A program made the translations under genes and the position numbers. Positions 29,015 through 39,084 of a stretch of DNA of 64,000 nucleotides are shown one piece after another (position 1 is the stretch's first letter; each line of letters starts with the position of its first letter). The notes under the pieces were generated by a model. That model worked only from the letters and a program-made list of their open reading frames with translations, was not told where the DNA came from and ran no database searches. Origin of the DNA: an uncultured Thermoplasmata archaeon (GTDB lineage: Archaea > Thermoplasmatota > Thermoplasmata > Lutacidiplasmatales > UBA184). The stretch covers positions 4,531-68,530 of the forward strand of contig CAVVLW010000010.1 of assembly GCA_963749205.1 (NCBI GenBank), given 5' to 3'.

Positions 29015-31460
29015 ATGGCGAATCGGCTGGCCGTGCTGGGTGTAACCGCGTTGTTGATCGCAGTGGCTCTATTTGCCGTGGTCCTGACGGCTTCTTCGGC
29101 CGTGGGCACGGGTGCGGGTGCCCGGTCGGCCCCCGTCGCCGCGGTCCGTCCGGCGGCGACGATCTCCGTGACGCCACTCTACTACGAGGGCTATGCGCAG
29201 TATACGTTCTACCCCGGACAGGATGGTCGGGTCTACTTCGCCGTGGACGATCCCAGCCTCGACGACAAGGTCACGGTCCAAATCAACGACGGGAACGCGA
29301 CGCGGGACGGCCTCACGAACCCTGTGGCCTCGTGGATAGTCAACGCCTCGAGCGGCACGTATACCTCTACCACTCATGGTATCGAATACACTCTTCCGAC
29401 GTCCCTGGTCTACGGCGGAAACTGGAACGTGACGGCGTCCGGGGCAGTCGGTGGGTTCTACAGCAACGCCTTCACGGTCCAGACCTACGAGTTCGGCCTC
29501 AGCGGTCCCGAGGTGGTCCTGCCCGGCTTTGGAGGGGTGGTTACCTTCTTCATCTACGGAGAAGCGAGCGGCCTACCCTACACTCAGATCAGCTCTGTCA
29601 ACCTGACGGCCGTGTACTTCGATGGAACGACCTTTGCCTACCAGACCCTCGCCCTCAGTCAGTCCCACTTCCCCGCCGGGACCGCGTCCGGATCGGTGTC
29701 GTTCACCCTCCCGCTCAATGCGAGCTATGAGGGGCAGATTTTGATCGTTGCATGGGCCAACGTCACCAACGCGGGATCGTTCGTGGAGGAGCAGGAGGTA
29801 CGACGGATACATCGGCCTCTTCGAGTACGCGTCCGTCTCGTTCAACGCGGCCGGCGTCGACAATTACGTCTTCGCGAACACCCCGGTCACGGTCACCGTC
29901 ACCCCGTACATGTATTCGGGGTACTGCGACTGTGATCAGCGCGCGCCCGGGCTGCCCATTTCGTTCAACTTCTTGAGTGGCGGGACCGCCGTCGCCAACT
30001 CCGCGATCCCCGGTGACCCCCCGACCACGGTGAACTCGGGAGCGAGCGGTCAGGCGACGATCCTGTTCCTCGCCGCGACGTCGGTGTTCTCGACCACGGC
30101 CGTGAACCAGGTCAATATCTCCGTCCTCGTCCAGCCGAGCGGCCCCAGCTCGCCCGCGGTCTACTACAACGAGACCGAGCAGTTCTATGTCGCGACCAAC
30201 GGGACCAGCTTGGCCAGCGTCACCGTCGCCTTCGGCGCCGCCACCTACTACGGTGGAGAGGCGGGAACAGCGACCTGGAAGGTCGTTCCGATCGGCGGCG
30301 GAACGGTCAGCGGCTGGAACGCGATCGCCTACGAGCTCATCGCGGTCCCAGCGGATTCCCCGTCCACGGTGCTCGCGATCGCCCTGATCACCGGCACGTC
30401 GGGGACGATCTCCTTCACGGCCCCGGCCGCCTTCACGGGGTACATCGAGCTCGAGGTCGTCGCGCACAACCAGACCCTGTACTGGTACGCCTACACTGAG
30501 GCGGACGTTTTCGAATCGGCGATCCTCCTCAGCCCGAGCGAGACCCAATACAACCCGGGTGACACGATCGTGATCTCGGTCACGACCGAGGGCCCGGCCT
30601 TTGCAGGCGCCACCCTGTACGAATCCGTCGAAGCGTACGGCGGCGGCATCCTGGGTTCGGGCGTGGTGACGGGAGGCTCGTTCTCCTTCACCGTCCCCGT
30701 AGGAGCCGCCCCGACCGAGCTCTACGTCGAGGTCTACGCGCAATCGACGGCCCTCGGCACCTTCGCCACGAGCGACCTCTACCTCTACGAATCGGGCGGG
30801 ATCGCGGTCACGGTCGGGATCTCCACGGTGTCGAAGTATTCGGACGGAAGCTTCCAGCCGGGCCAGACCTTGACCGTCACCTGGAATATCGCGGCCTACG
30901 GAGTGGGAACGGTCAGCCCCGAGTACTACGTTTCCCTTTGGACCGCCAACGGCTGGTTCGGCGACTCCGCTGCAGTCTCCGAGATCGTGACCTCGGCCAC
31001 CTCGGGGTCGTTCCAATACACGGTCCCCTCGGGGGCGCCCGCGGGATCCCAGTCGCTCTACGTGGCGGTCGACGCGGCAGGCGCGTGCGACAACTCCTGC
31101 TACACCTCTGGGCAGGTCTCCTACCAGGTCAATCCGAGCCCCTCCGCCCTCAACATGGAACTCGGCGCGGGCTCCGGGCTCACGGTGGGCTGGCTGATCC
31201 TGCTGATCGTGATCATCGTGGTCGCGCTGCTACTGGTGCTCCTGTTCCGACGCGGACGAGCCCCCAAGAACCCCCCGTCGTCGTACATGGCCACGACCGG
31301 TTCGATGTCACCTCCCGCACCCGCGCCCTCGACCCCACCGGCAGCGGAGTGGCAGGGTTCCCCGCCGTGCATCTCCCCCGGCCGCGGGGGATGCGCCTCC
31401 GGCACTCCCGACGCCCCCCCCGGGAGCTCAGTAGCGGGAACGACCGAACGAGAGCGCTAA
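29015..31460 (+). CDS. large cell-surface (S-layer-like) glycoprotein with signal peptide and C-terminal TM anchor; one frame change near 29800
   Basis: It spans track ORFs 28982..29935 and 29748..31460. The signal peptide reads MANRLAVLGVTALLIAVALFAVVL. The body is rich in Thr/Ser/Val/Gly/Tyr with at least ten N-x-S/T sequons. The C-terminus has LTVGWLILLIVIIVVALLLVLLF followed by a basic, Pro-rich tail. Confidence 0.8.
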
Positions 31461-31470
31461 CCCCTTCCTT

Positions 31471-32498
31471 CTACTTTCGAGCGACCGACCCGGACGCGAC
31501 GCTTCGGGCCCGGGCAAACTCCGCGCCGAGCTCCCTAACGGAGCGGGTCACTTCGTCCGAGCCGAGGCCACCGAAGTCGAAGATCCCGAGCACTTCGTCC
31601 ACCCCGAGCCGGGCGTACTCGCCGAGCCGTTCGGCGACCGTCGCGGCCGTGCCGAAGAGCGCGAAGCCGCACTCTTCGATCGTCGTCGCGTTCGCGTGGT
31701 GCGGGTCGCGCCGCACTTTCTCCTGGTAGAAGGTGCTCTGGGTTCGAAGCCGGGCCTCGAGGTACCGCTGGAGCGCTGCCCGCGCCCGCTCCGGCCGGTC
31801 CCCGACGTAACAAATGCACGGCGACCGCCACCTCCGCCGTTCGGCCCGGTGGGCAGGTGGGTCCGGAACTCTCGTATCTGGTCCCCGAGTTCGGAGAGAC
31901 TCGCGACGGTTGCGTAGGGGACGAGGGCGAGCGACGCGCCGCGCCGCGCGACGAACGGGATCGCTTCGCGCCGCTGGACGGCGATCCAGAGCGGCGGGTG
32001 CGGCCGCTGGACCGGGAGGACATTGATCCGAACGGGGACCGCTCCAGCCTCGTCCGCGCGGACCTCGCGGTCGTCGAACGCGGCCAGCAACGTCTCGAGG
32101 CTTCGGTCGAATCGCTCGCGCTTGGTTGCCGGATCGACCCCGAACCCCTCGAATTCGAGGGGGATGTATCCACTCCCGACACCGAGGTTCAGGCGCCCGT
32201 TACTGAGGCGATCTACCATCGCGTACTGTTCGGCCAGCTCGATCGGGCGGTGGAACGGGAGCACGCTCACCATGGCCCCCAGGCGGATGCGCTTGGTCCG
32301 CGCGGCGCAGGCCGCGAGGAGCACCGGGGGCGCGGGACAGACCCCGCCCGGTTGGAAGTGGTGCTCGGCGACCCACAGGGTCGAGAGTCCTCCGGTTTCC
32401 ACGGCTTCCGCGAGACGGACCACGTCCGCGAACCGATCCGAACCTCCGGGGGGACCCCCTCGTACCGCGTCGACCACCGTGAACGCGCTGAGCTTCAC
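31471..32498 (-). CDS. LLM-class (luciferase-like) flavin/F420-dependent oxidoreductase; frame changes near 31720-31800
   Basis: Track ORF 31548..32603 has LWVAEHHF, NGRLNLGVGSGY and the likely GTG start at 32498. The C-terminus (GTAATVAERLGEYARLGVDEVLGIFDFGG) is in ORF 31471..31716. Confidence 0.8.
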
Positions 32499-32617
32499 GC
32501 ACCGCGAGACTCGCGTCGGGTAGAAGGCGTTTCCCGCGGCAGGGAACCCGGGCCGCCCAGATCGATGGCGCACCGTCCGAAAGGCTAAGACGGAGGCCCC
32601 CACCTGACCGTCCGGAT

Positions 32618-32691
32618 GGGCTGGTAGATCAGTCCGGAAGATCGCCGGTTTTGCAAACCGGAGGCCTCGGGTTCAAATCCCGACCAGTCCA
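32618..32691 (+). tRNA. tRNA-Ala (anticodon UGC)
   Basis: Folded by hand. The acceptor stem GGGCTGG/CCAGTCC includes the G3:U70 alanine identity pair. The anticodon stem is CCGGT/ACCGG with loop TTTGCAA. The T arm is TCGGG-TTCAAAT-CCCGA. No CCA is encoded. Confidence 0.9.
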
Positions 32692-32832
32692 TCGCGCCCC
32701 GCCACGCTTCTGTCCATCGGGGGCATTGTTTTCGTTGGTTTTCCGGGCACCTCTCCCGCCGGAGCATGTTATCCCCCCCCACGAGTTGCGCCGTGCCTCC
32801 CGAGTCGGATTTCGGAGGCGTTCCGACGTGGA

Positions 32833-34426
32833 TTGCCTGAGCCAGAGGTTGCTGCCCTCGTACCGGTTTTCCTGGGGGCCGCCGTTGTGACATCCAGCCC
32901 CGATTGGAGCGCGCTCGGCCAACGCTGGTGGTCGCACGTTCAGTTTCTCGCGGACGACAGCCTCGAAGGCCGCGATACCGGGAGCCGGGGATTCGAAAAA
33001 GCCGCGGCCTACATGGCCGAGCAGTTTCGCGCCGCGGGATTGCAGCCCGCCGGCATCGACGGTTACCGGCAACCCATGGATTTCGACGAGGTGCGGCTGG
33101 ACGAAGCTCGGAGCTCTCTCGACCTTCTCCGCGACGGAAAAGCCGCGTCGGTGAAACTGGGGGATGAGGCCGTGCTCCTCGTGAGTACGCGCTCGACCGA
33201 GAGTATCGAAGCCGAGGCCGTGTTCGTTGGCTACGGGCTCACGGTACCCGAATTGGGCCACGACGATCTGGCGGGCCAGAACGTGAAGGGCAAGATCGTC
33301 GTCTTGGTCACCGGCGGTCCCACGGAGATGTCCGGGCCGATCAAGGCCCACTACCAATCGCCGGACGAACGCCGAAAGGCGCTGCGGAAGGCGGGGGTCA
33401 TCGGCGCGGTCATCTTGCAGAACCCGAAGAGCGTCGAGGTTCCTTGGTCGCGATTGGCCTCGGCACGATTTTTGCCGAGAATGGAACTGCGCGATCCGGG
33501 GTACGACGTCCCGCCTCCGCTCCCGTCGGAAATGGTGTTCAATACCGAGCACGCCGACCTCCTCTTCGCGGGGAGCGGCCACACTTTTCAGGAGGTTCTC
33601 GCGGCACTCGATGCGGACAAGCCGCTGCCCCACTTTCCCCTCGGCGTGAAGATCCGTGCGCGAGTCGGAATGACCCGTTCGGAAGCGAAGTCGGAAAACG
33701 TCGTGGGCGTTTTCCCGGGCCATGATCCGTCCCTCAAGAACGAATATGTCGTCGTCAGCGCGCACCTGGACCACGTCGGGATCGGCGAGCCCGTCCACGG
33801 CGACCGCATCTACAGCGGCGCGATGGACAACGCCTCGGGAACCGCGTCGTTGATCGAGGTCGCCCGACTGATGAAGGATTCCGGTGCGAAGCCCAAGCGT
33901 TCGATCCTGTTCGTTGCTGTCACGGGCGAGGAAAAGGGGCTGCTCGGCTCGCAGTATTTTGCCACGCATCCCACGGTGTCCGGTCCGATGGTCGCCGACC
34001 TGAACATGGACATGTTCAATCCGATTTTCCCCTTGAAATACCTCGAGGTGCAGGGCCTCGCCGAGTCTACCCTGGGCGAGGATATTCGAGCCGTGGCCGA
34101 GCCGTTGGGCGTCGAGGTGCAACCCGACCAGGAACCGGAGCACAATCTGTTCATCCGAAGCGACCAGTACAGCTTCATCAAGCAGGGAGTTCCGGCATTG
34201 ACGTTCAAGTTCAGCTACGTCCCGGGCACTTCCGGAAGAGAAGCTCTTCAAGGCCTGGCTCACCGAGCGCTACCACGCTCCCGCCGACGACCTGGACCAG
34301 CCGGTCGACTTGGCCGCCGCGGCGCAATTCAACTCAATGCTCGAACAGCTGACGCTCCGCGTCGCCGACGCGGGCCACCGGCCGGAGTGGAAGCCCGAGA
34401 GCTTCTTCCGTCGCTTCGTCCGGTAG
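32833..34426 (+). CDS. M28-family aminopeptidase with PA domain; one frame change near 34230
   Basis: Track ORF 32833..34626 has HLDHVG, GAMDNASG, TGEEKGLLGS and DMFN. After the shift the reading is KLFKAWLTERYHAPADDLDQP...FFRRFVR, ending at TAG 34424-34426. Confidence 0.85.
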
Positions 34427-34595
34427 CCACGGCCCGCTTTCGACGGATGGGCTTCGCCGCGTGCGCTACCCGTTGCGTGGCCCGTGTTTCGGCGGGGCTT
34501 CGAGCGGCCGGCGTGTTCGACGCCCTCTCGCCCGCTCCCCGGCGGTGGGACAGCGCGCGCAAAGTCTTTAGCCGTGGGCGGCGCAGCGGGACGCC

Positions 34596-35054
34596 GTGCC
34601 CGACGATGAACTCGACCCGATCCTGATCCAGGTGACGGTCCCGTTGCCGATCCCGATGATCTACGCGGCGTTCACCGACCCGACCCAGTTGAAGGGCTGG
34701 CTCTGCGACTCCGCCCGCGTGGACCCGCGGGTGGGCGGCGAGTACACGCTCGGGTGGTCGAGCCCCACCGCCTTCGAAAGCCGCGGCCAGATCCTCCAGA
34801 TGCAGCCCGACCTCGATATCGACTTCAGCTGGCTCGCTCCTCCGCCGTTCGCCGCGCTCCTCAACGAGCCGGCGCCGAAGACCCACGTCTACGTGCGTCT
34901 TACCGAGTCCCCCGAGGGGATCGACGTCACTCTCGAACACTCCGGTTGGGGTTCCGGTGAGGCGTGGGAGGACGCTCGCTCCTGGCATTTCCATCTGTGG
35001 GACGAGCGACTCCACCTGCTCAAGGATTACCTGATCAAGGCGGCGTACGGTTAG
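34596..35054 (+). CDS. SRPBCC/AHSA1-like (START fold) protein
   Basis: Track ORF 34596..35054 is intact. Its pattern is typical of Aha1-domain proteins (GGEYTLGW..., WGSGEAWEDARSWH). Confidence 0.75.
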   Translation: MPDDELDPILIQVTVPLPIPMIYAAFTDPTQLKGWLCDSARVDPRVGGEYTLGWSSPTAFESRGQILQMQPDLDIDFSWLAPPPFAALLNEPAPKTHVYVRLTESPEGIDVTLEHSGWGSGEAWEDARSWHFHLWDERLHLLKDYLIKAAYG

Positions 35055-35060
35055 CTCCGT

Positions 35061-35261
35061 TCACGACCCGCCGGGCGTGAACTTCCGACACACGGCCTCG
35101 CCGCAGATCGCGCAGGGGCCGGACGGGTCGAGGCGGAAGTTCGCGCGTCCGTCGACTGGCACGACCACCATGTGATGCGTCGGAAGGTGGCCGCATCGGC
35201 ATCGCGCGCGCAGCGGGTGGAACGACCCCTCTCCCCCCCGAGATGCCATGGGGCGGACCAC
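35061..35261 (-). CDS. possible small Cys-rich (zinc-ribbon-like) protein
   Basis: Track ORF 35061..35261 has CRCGH...CAICGEAVC. It fits neatly in the gap between its neighbours. Confidence 0.35.
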   Translation of the reverse strand: MVRPMASRGGEGSFHPLRARCRCGHLPTHHMVVVPVDGRANFRLDPSGPCAICGEAVCRKFTPGGS

Positions 35262-35326
35262 GAGCCCAGGAGAGAGAAAAGCTTGCGGCCTGCAGCGCTA
35301 AAGCCGCCCGTCATTCTCCCTCGAAC

Positions 35327-36112
35327 GTGGAGATCGGCGGTTGCCCCGTTCCCGAAGACCGGCTCTACGACCTCGAGAACGACGTCTGGTACCTCCCCGA
35401 GCCGTCCGGCGGGCTCGCCCGGGTCGGCCTACTCGGCCCGCTCGTCTGGTTCGCCGGCCTGTTCCAAACGGTCTCGTTCCGGCCGGTGAGCGGCCCGGTC
35501 GGGCGCGGGCGGAGCGTCGCCACGGTGGAGAGCACCCGGTATACGGGGGCGGTACGTCTCCCGCTGGAGGCGACGATCGTCGAGCGCAATCTCGCGCTCG
35601 TCGAGCGACCGCGGCTCTTGAACGACTCCCCTTACGACGACGGCTGGGTGGTCCGGGTCCGTGCCGAGGGAGCGCCGCCCGTCCCTCCGTGGCTCGAGAC
35701 GGCCGAGGCGATCGCCGCTCGCCTCACGGAACGGATCCGGACCCAGCGGATCCGGTGTTGGCCGCAGACCCCCGACCTCGAGCTCTACGAGATCGGGGTC
35801 GAGTGCTCGGCGGTGCTGACGATGCTGAACGAAGAGCTGCGGGGTCGCCCGCCGGGCGAGGCACTCCTGCTCGTGACGGACGACCCCACGAGCCCGATCG
35901 AGATGGAGCGGTGGTCGGACCAGACCGGCCATCGGCTCCTCGCCCACCGGAGGGAGGGCGACCTCCACCAGTTCCTCGTCCGGAAGGAGGCCCACCCCAT
36001 GCCACGGAAACGGCCGGGGAGCCAGCCGGGTTCCCCGAGGCGCGCGTCGGACTATGGCTTTTCGATCGGTGTCCGAACGAGATTTCCCCACTCGGTCCAC
36101 GAACCGTCGTAG
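35327..36112 (+). CDS. fusion of a glycine-cleavage-H-like domain (lipoyl Lys replaced by Arg) and a TusA/SirA-like sulfur carrier domain
   Basis: Track ORF 35243..36112, with the likely GTG start at 35327. The GcvH-like part is VATVESTRYTGAVRLPLEATIVERN...NDSPYDDGWVVRV. The TusA-like part is YEIGVECSAVLTMLNEEL...GEALLLVTDDPTSPIEMERWSDQTGHRLL...FLVRK. The last ~60 nt overlap the convergent rhodanese gene. Confidence 0.7.
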   Translation: MEIGGCPVPEDRLYDLENDVWYLPEPSGGLARVGLLGPLVWFAGLFQTVSFRPVSGPVGRGRSVATVESTRYTGAVRLPLEATIVERNLALVERPRLLNDSPYDDGWVVRVRAEGAPPVPPWLETAEAIAARLTERIRTQRIRCWPQTPDLELYEIGVECSAVLTMLNEELRGRPPGEALLLVTDDPTSPIEMERWSDQTGHRLLAHRREGDLHQFLVRKEAHPMPRKRPGSQPGSPRRASDYGFSIGVRTRFPHSVHEPS

Positions 36113-36909
36113 TTCCGGACGTCGGGGTATCCGAGAAGATACTTCAGGACGAACCAGGTGTGGCTCGAGCGCTCCCCGATCCGGCAGTACGTGATGACCG
36201 GGTGGGCGGGGCCGAGGCCCTTCGATTTGTAGAGCTCTTCGAGCTCCTCGCGCGACTTGAACGTCCCGTCGTCCTTGACCGCCTGGGCCCACGGGATGTT
36301 CTTCGCCCCGGGGATGTGGCCGCCGCGCTGGGCGTGCTCGGTCGGGTACTCGGGGGGCGCGGTGATCTCTCCCGAGAACTCCTTCGGACCGCGGACGTCC
36401 ACGAGGCCGAACGTCCCCGCCTTGACCTCGGGAAGGGCCTTCCGGACGTCGTCCAGGAACGCGCGCAGCTTCGGGTCGGGCGCGCTCGCGTGGAACTTCC
36501 CTGCCGCGGGCGTCGGCGCGTCCTTCGTGAGCGGCCGGTCCTCCGCGATCCATTTCTTCCGGCCCCCGTTGAGGAGTTTCAGGTTCTTCGCCCCGTAGTA
36601 GGTGAACACCCAGTAGGCGAACGCGGCGAACCAGTTGTTGAAGTCCCCGTAGAGCACGATCGTCGTGTCGGGGTCGATCCCCGCGCGCCGGAACAGCTCC
36701 GTGAACGCCTCGGGGGAGAGGATGTCACGGCGGACCGGGTCGTTGATGTCCTTGCGCCAGTCGAAGAGGACCGACCCTGGAACGTGCCCAAGCTCGTAGT
36801 TCGCCGCGGGGTCGTAGTCGACCTCCGCGACGCGGACCTTCGGGTCGTTCAGGTGCGCGGCGAGCCAGTCGTTCTCTACGAGCACTTCGGGGTGTGCGTA
36901 CGCTGCCAT
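36052..36909 (-). CDS. two-domain rhodanese (thiosulfate/3-mercaptopyruvate sulfurtransferase)
   Basis: Track ORF 36052..36909 is intact. The active-site loop is YCRIGERSS, and GHVPGS and GHIPGA are also present. Confidence 0.9.
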   Translation of the reverse strand: MAAYAHPEVLVENDWLAAHLNDPKVRVAEVDYDPAANYELGHVPGSVLFDWRKDINDPVRRDILSPEAFTELFRRAGIDPDTTIVLYGDFNNWFAAFAYWVFTYYGAKNLKLLNGGRKKWIAEDRPLTKDAPTPAAGKFHASAPDPKLRAFLDDVRKALPEVKAGTFGLVDVRGPKEFSGEITAPPEYPTEHAQRGGHIPGAKNIPWAQAVKDDGTFKSREELEELYKSKGLGPAHPVITYCRIGERSSHTWFVLKYLLGYPDVRNYDGSWTEWGNLVRTPIEKP

Positions 36910-37043
36910 GGTACTCGCTCTACGCCCAGTCGACCGAGGATATACCCTCCACGACCGACACCATCGGTGTCGAACGGAGCGGGATAAGTGCGGGAACTAG
37001 GCCGCTCCATGCCCGACCGGCGCAATCGGTGCGCCGAGCCGGT

Positions 37044-37361
37044 CTACCCTCGCCGCCCCCGCTTCGGGAGCGGGGCGTCCGAAACCTCGACCGTTTCGGG
37101 GTCGAAGCCGAGCCGAGCGAGCTCATCGCGGATACGGGCGCGGTGGTCCCCCTGCAGGTAGACCTCGCCGTCGACCACCGAGCCGCCCGTCGCGAGGCGG
37201 TTCTTGAGCGACCGGGTCGTCTCGACCAGGTCGACCCCGGGCGGGAAGCCCCCGATCACGGTCGCCGGCTTGTTGTAGCGCCGGGGCTCGGCACGCACCC
37301 GTATCCGGGCGGTCTCGCGGTCCAGCGCCGACAGTATCTCGTCGAACTCGTCGTTGCCCAT
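37044..37361 (-). CDS. sui1: translation initiation factor aSUI1 (eIF1)
   Basis: Track ORF 37044..37361 is intact. It has KPATVIGGF, LKNRLATGGSV and YLQGDHR. Confidence 0.9.
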   Translation of the reverse strand: MGNDEFDEILSALDRETARIRVRAEPRRYNKPATVIGGFPPGVDLVETTRSLKNRLATGGSVVDGEVYLQGDHRARIRDELARLGFDPETVEVSDAPLPKRGRRG

Positions 37362-37534
37362 CGTTCGGTCTCTCTACCGTCCTCCCTCGCGGAACGGACG
37401 GATCGGAAAACGGAGGAGGCCGGAACGTACTTCCCGGCGCGCACGTCGGGGCGGAGAGTGTTCGGTCTGAGTTGCGGAGGGCGCACCGCAGGTACCATGC
37501 CCGGCGCTCCGTTTGAACGTTTCCAACGCCCGCT

Positions 37535-38319
37535 TCATCCCTCGCCCCAGCGGTAAAGGCGGAGCGTGATGGCCAACCCGACGAGCGCGCACACGGCGAG
37601 GAGTGCGGCGTAGAGCCCCAGCTGGAGCGGGGTGTCGCGGGGTGATCCCGAGGGCTCCCTGGACGAGGAGCGCGGCGTAGGTGGTCGGAAGGAAGCGCGC
37701 GACGTCCTGCCAGAGCGGCGGTAGGGCGCTCAGGGGATAGTACAGGGGAGAGAGCATCCCGAGGATCGTGAACGTCAGGTTGCCGACCGGCCAGATCTCC
37801 CGCTGGGTCTGGATCCGGCTCGAGATCGCGATGCCGATGGACGAGAAGAGCACCCAGAGGGTCAGGAGTCCCGCGAAGAGCGCGACGGCGGCGAACGGTG
37901 TGAGGGGATGGCCGCGCGCCCCACCGACCCATGCGAGCAGGACGGTCAGGATCGCGAGGGCGGGAAGCATCGCGATCAGGTTCGAGAACGCGATCCCGAA
38001 CAGGTAGCGGACCCGCGAGAGCGGGCTTGCGACGAACAGGTCCTGGAGGGAGCACTCGATCCGCCAGAACGCGCTGTCGCCGAGCGTCCAGCTCCCGATG
38101 TTCTGCATCGTGAACAGCATCGCGCCGACGATCTCGAGCGGCAGGAGGCTCGGAGGCGAGATCAGCGAGAGAAAATAGAGGAAGATGAACGGGAGGAGCA
38201 CCGGGGTGACCGCGACCGCCGGATTGCGGCGAGATCCATCGCCACCCGACGATCCCGAAGGCGGGCAGCGAACGACCCCGAGTGGGCACGCCGGGGAACG
38301 GCTCGTTCACCGTCGCCAT
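37535..38319 (-). CDS. ABC-2 type exporter permease (second subunit); two frame changes
   Basis: ATG at 38319 directly abuts the stop of the upstream permease. The body is in track ORF 37374..38201. My translation of the C-terminus after a shift reads GSPRDTPLQLGLYAALLAVCALVGLAITLRLYRWGEG, ending at TGA 37537..37535. Confidence 0.7.
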
Positions 38320-39084
38320 CTAGGCCGCCCTCACCGTGCGTCGCGCCCAGTAGATCGCGAACAGGAACGCGGCCACGGTCTCGACCCCGAGCCCGCCCGC
38401 CGCCAACGCCGCCTGCCCCGGGGCGAGGGTCGCGGCCCCGATCGCGGTCTGGACCAGCGCGGCGGCCGCGCTCGGCGGCATGAGCAGGACGATGGGGCGA
38501 AGCGCTGACGGGAAGAGGCCGAGCGGGTAGAAGACCGGAACCAGCACTCCGAAGACGTTGAAGAAGAGGCTCGAGTACGCCCAGATCGCGCGGTTGTCCC
38601 GGAAGAACGTGGAGAACACGTACCCGGTCGACGCGGCGAACAACCACACGACCGCTGCGAGGACGAGCAGAAGCAGGCCGGTCGCGAGGGACAGCGGCAC
38701 GACGACGACCGCGAGGACCCCCAGGAAGACGATCGGGGTGATGTAGACGATCAGGATCCCGACCGACATCCCGACAAAGTACGCCTCCGGCGTCAGCGGC
38801 CCGGCGAGGTAGAGGTCGTTCGCCTTGTGGTCGATCCGGAGGTACGCGGCCTCGTTGAGGACCCGTTGGCCCATCGTGAACGTCGCGAAGAGGATCGCTC
38901 CCACGAGGGCAACCCCGATCAGCGCCGGGTTCAGGATCTCGACGAACACGAGGATGATCCCCGGGACGACCATCGACGTGAGCATCGCAAGGCGCTCGTT
39001 GCCCTGAACGAGCACCTCGGTCCAGACGAACGCCGCGGTGCCCGCGAATGCCCGCGACGGAGCGAGCGCATCGCTAGTCTTCAT
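38320..39084 (-). CDS. ABC-2 type exporter permease (first subunit)
   Basis: Track ORF 38320..39084 is intact with six hydrophobic helices. It overlaps the ATPase gene by 11 nt. Confidence 0.8.
   Translation of the reverse strand: MKTSDALAPSRAFAGTAAFVWTEVLVQGNERLAMLTSMVVPGIILVFVEILNPALIGVALVGAILFATFTMGQRVLNEAAYLRIDHKANDLYLAGPLTPEAYFVGMSVGILIVYITPIVFLGVLAVVVVPLSLATGLLLLVLAAVVWLFAASTGYVFSTFFRDNRAIWAYSSLFFNVFGVLVPVFYPLGLFPSALRPIVLLMPPSAAAALVQTAIGAATLAPGQAALAAGGLGVETVAAFLFAIYWARRTVRAA

Noticed and set aside
28111-32618. A possible integrated element between tRNA-Pro and tRNA-Ala, or downstream of tRNA-Ala where the M28 peptidase region looked slightly less GC-rich by eye.
   Set aside because: There is no integrase, no partial tRNA 3'-end direct repeat (att site) and no phage or plasmid genes. 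The content is an MBL hydrolase, the S-layer-like gene, an LLM oxidoreductase and a peptidase. The GC impression was not computed.
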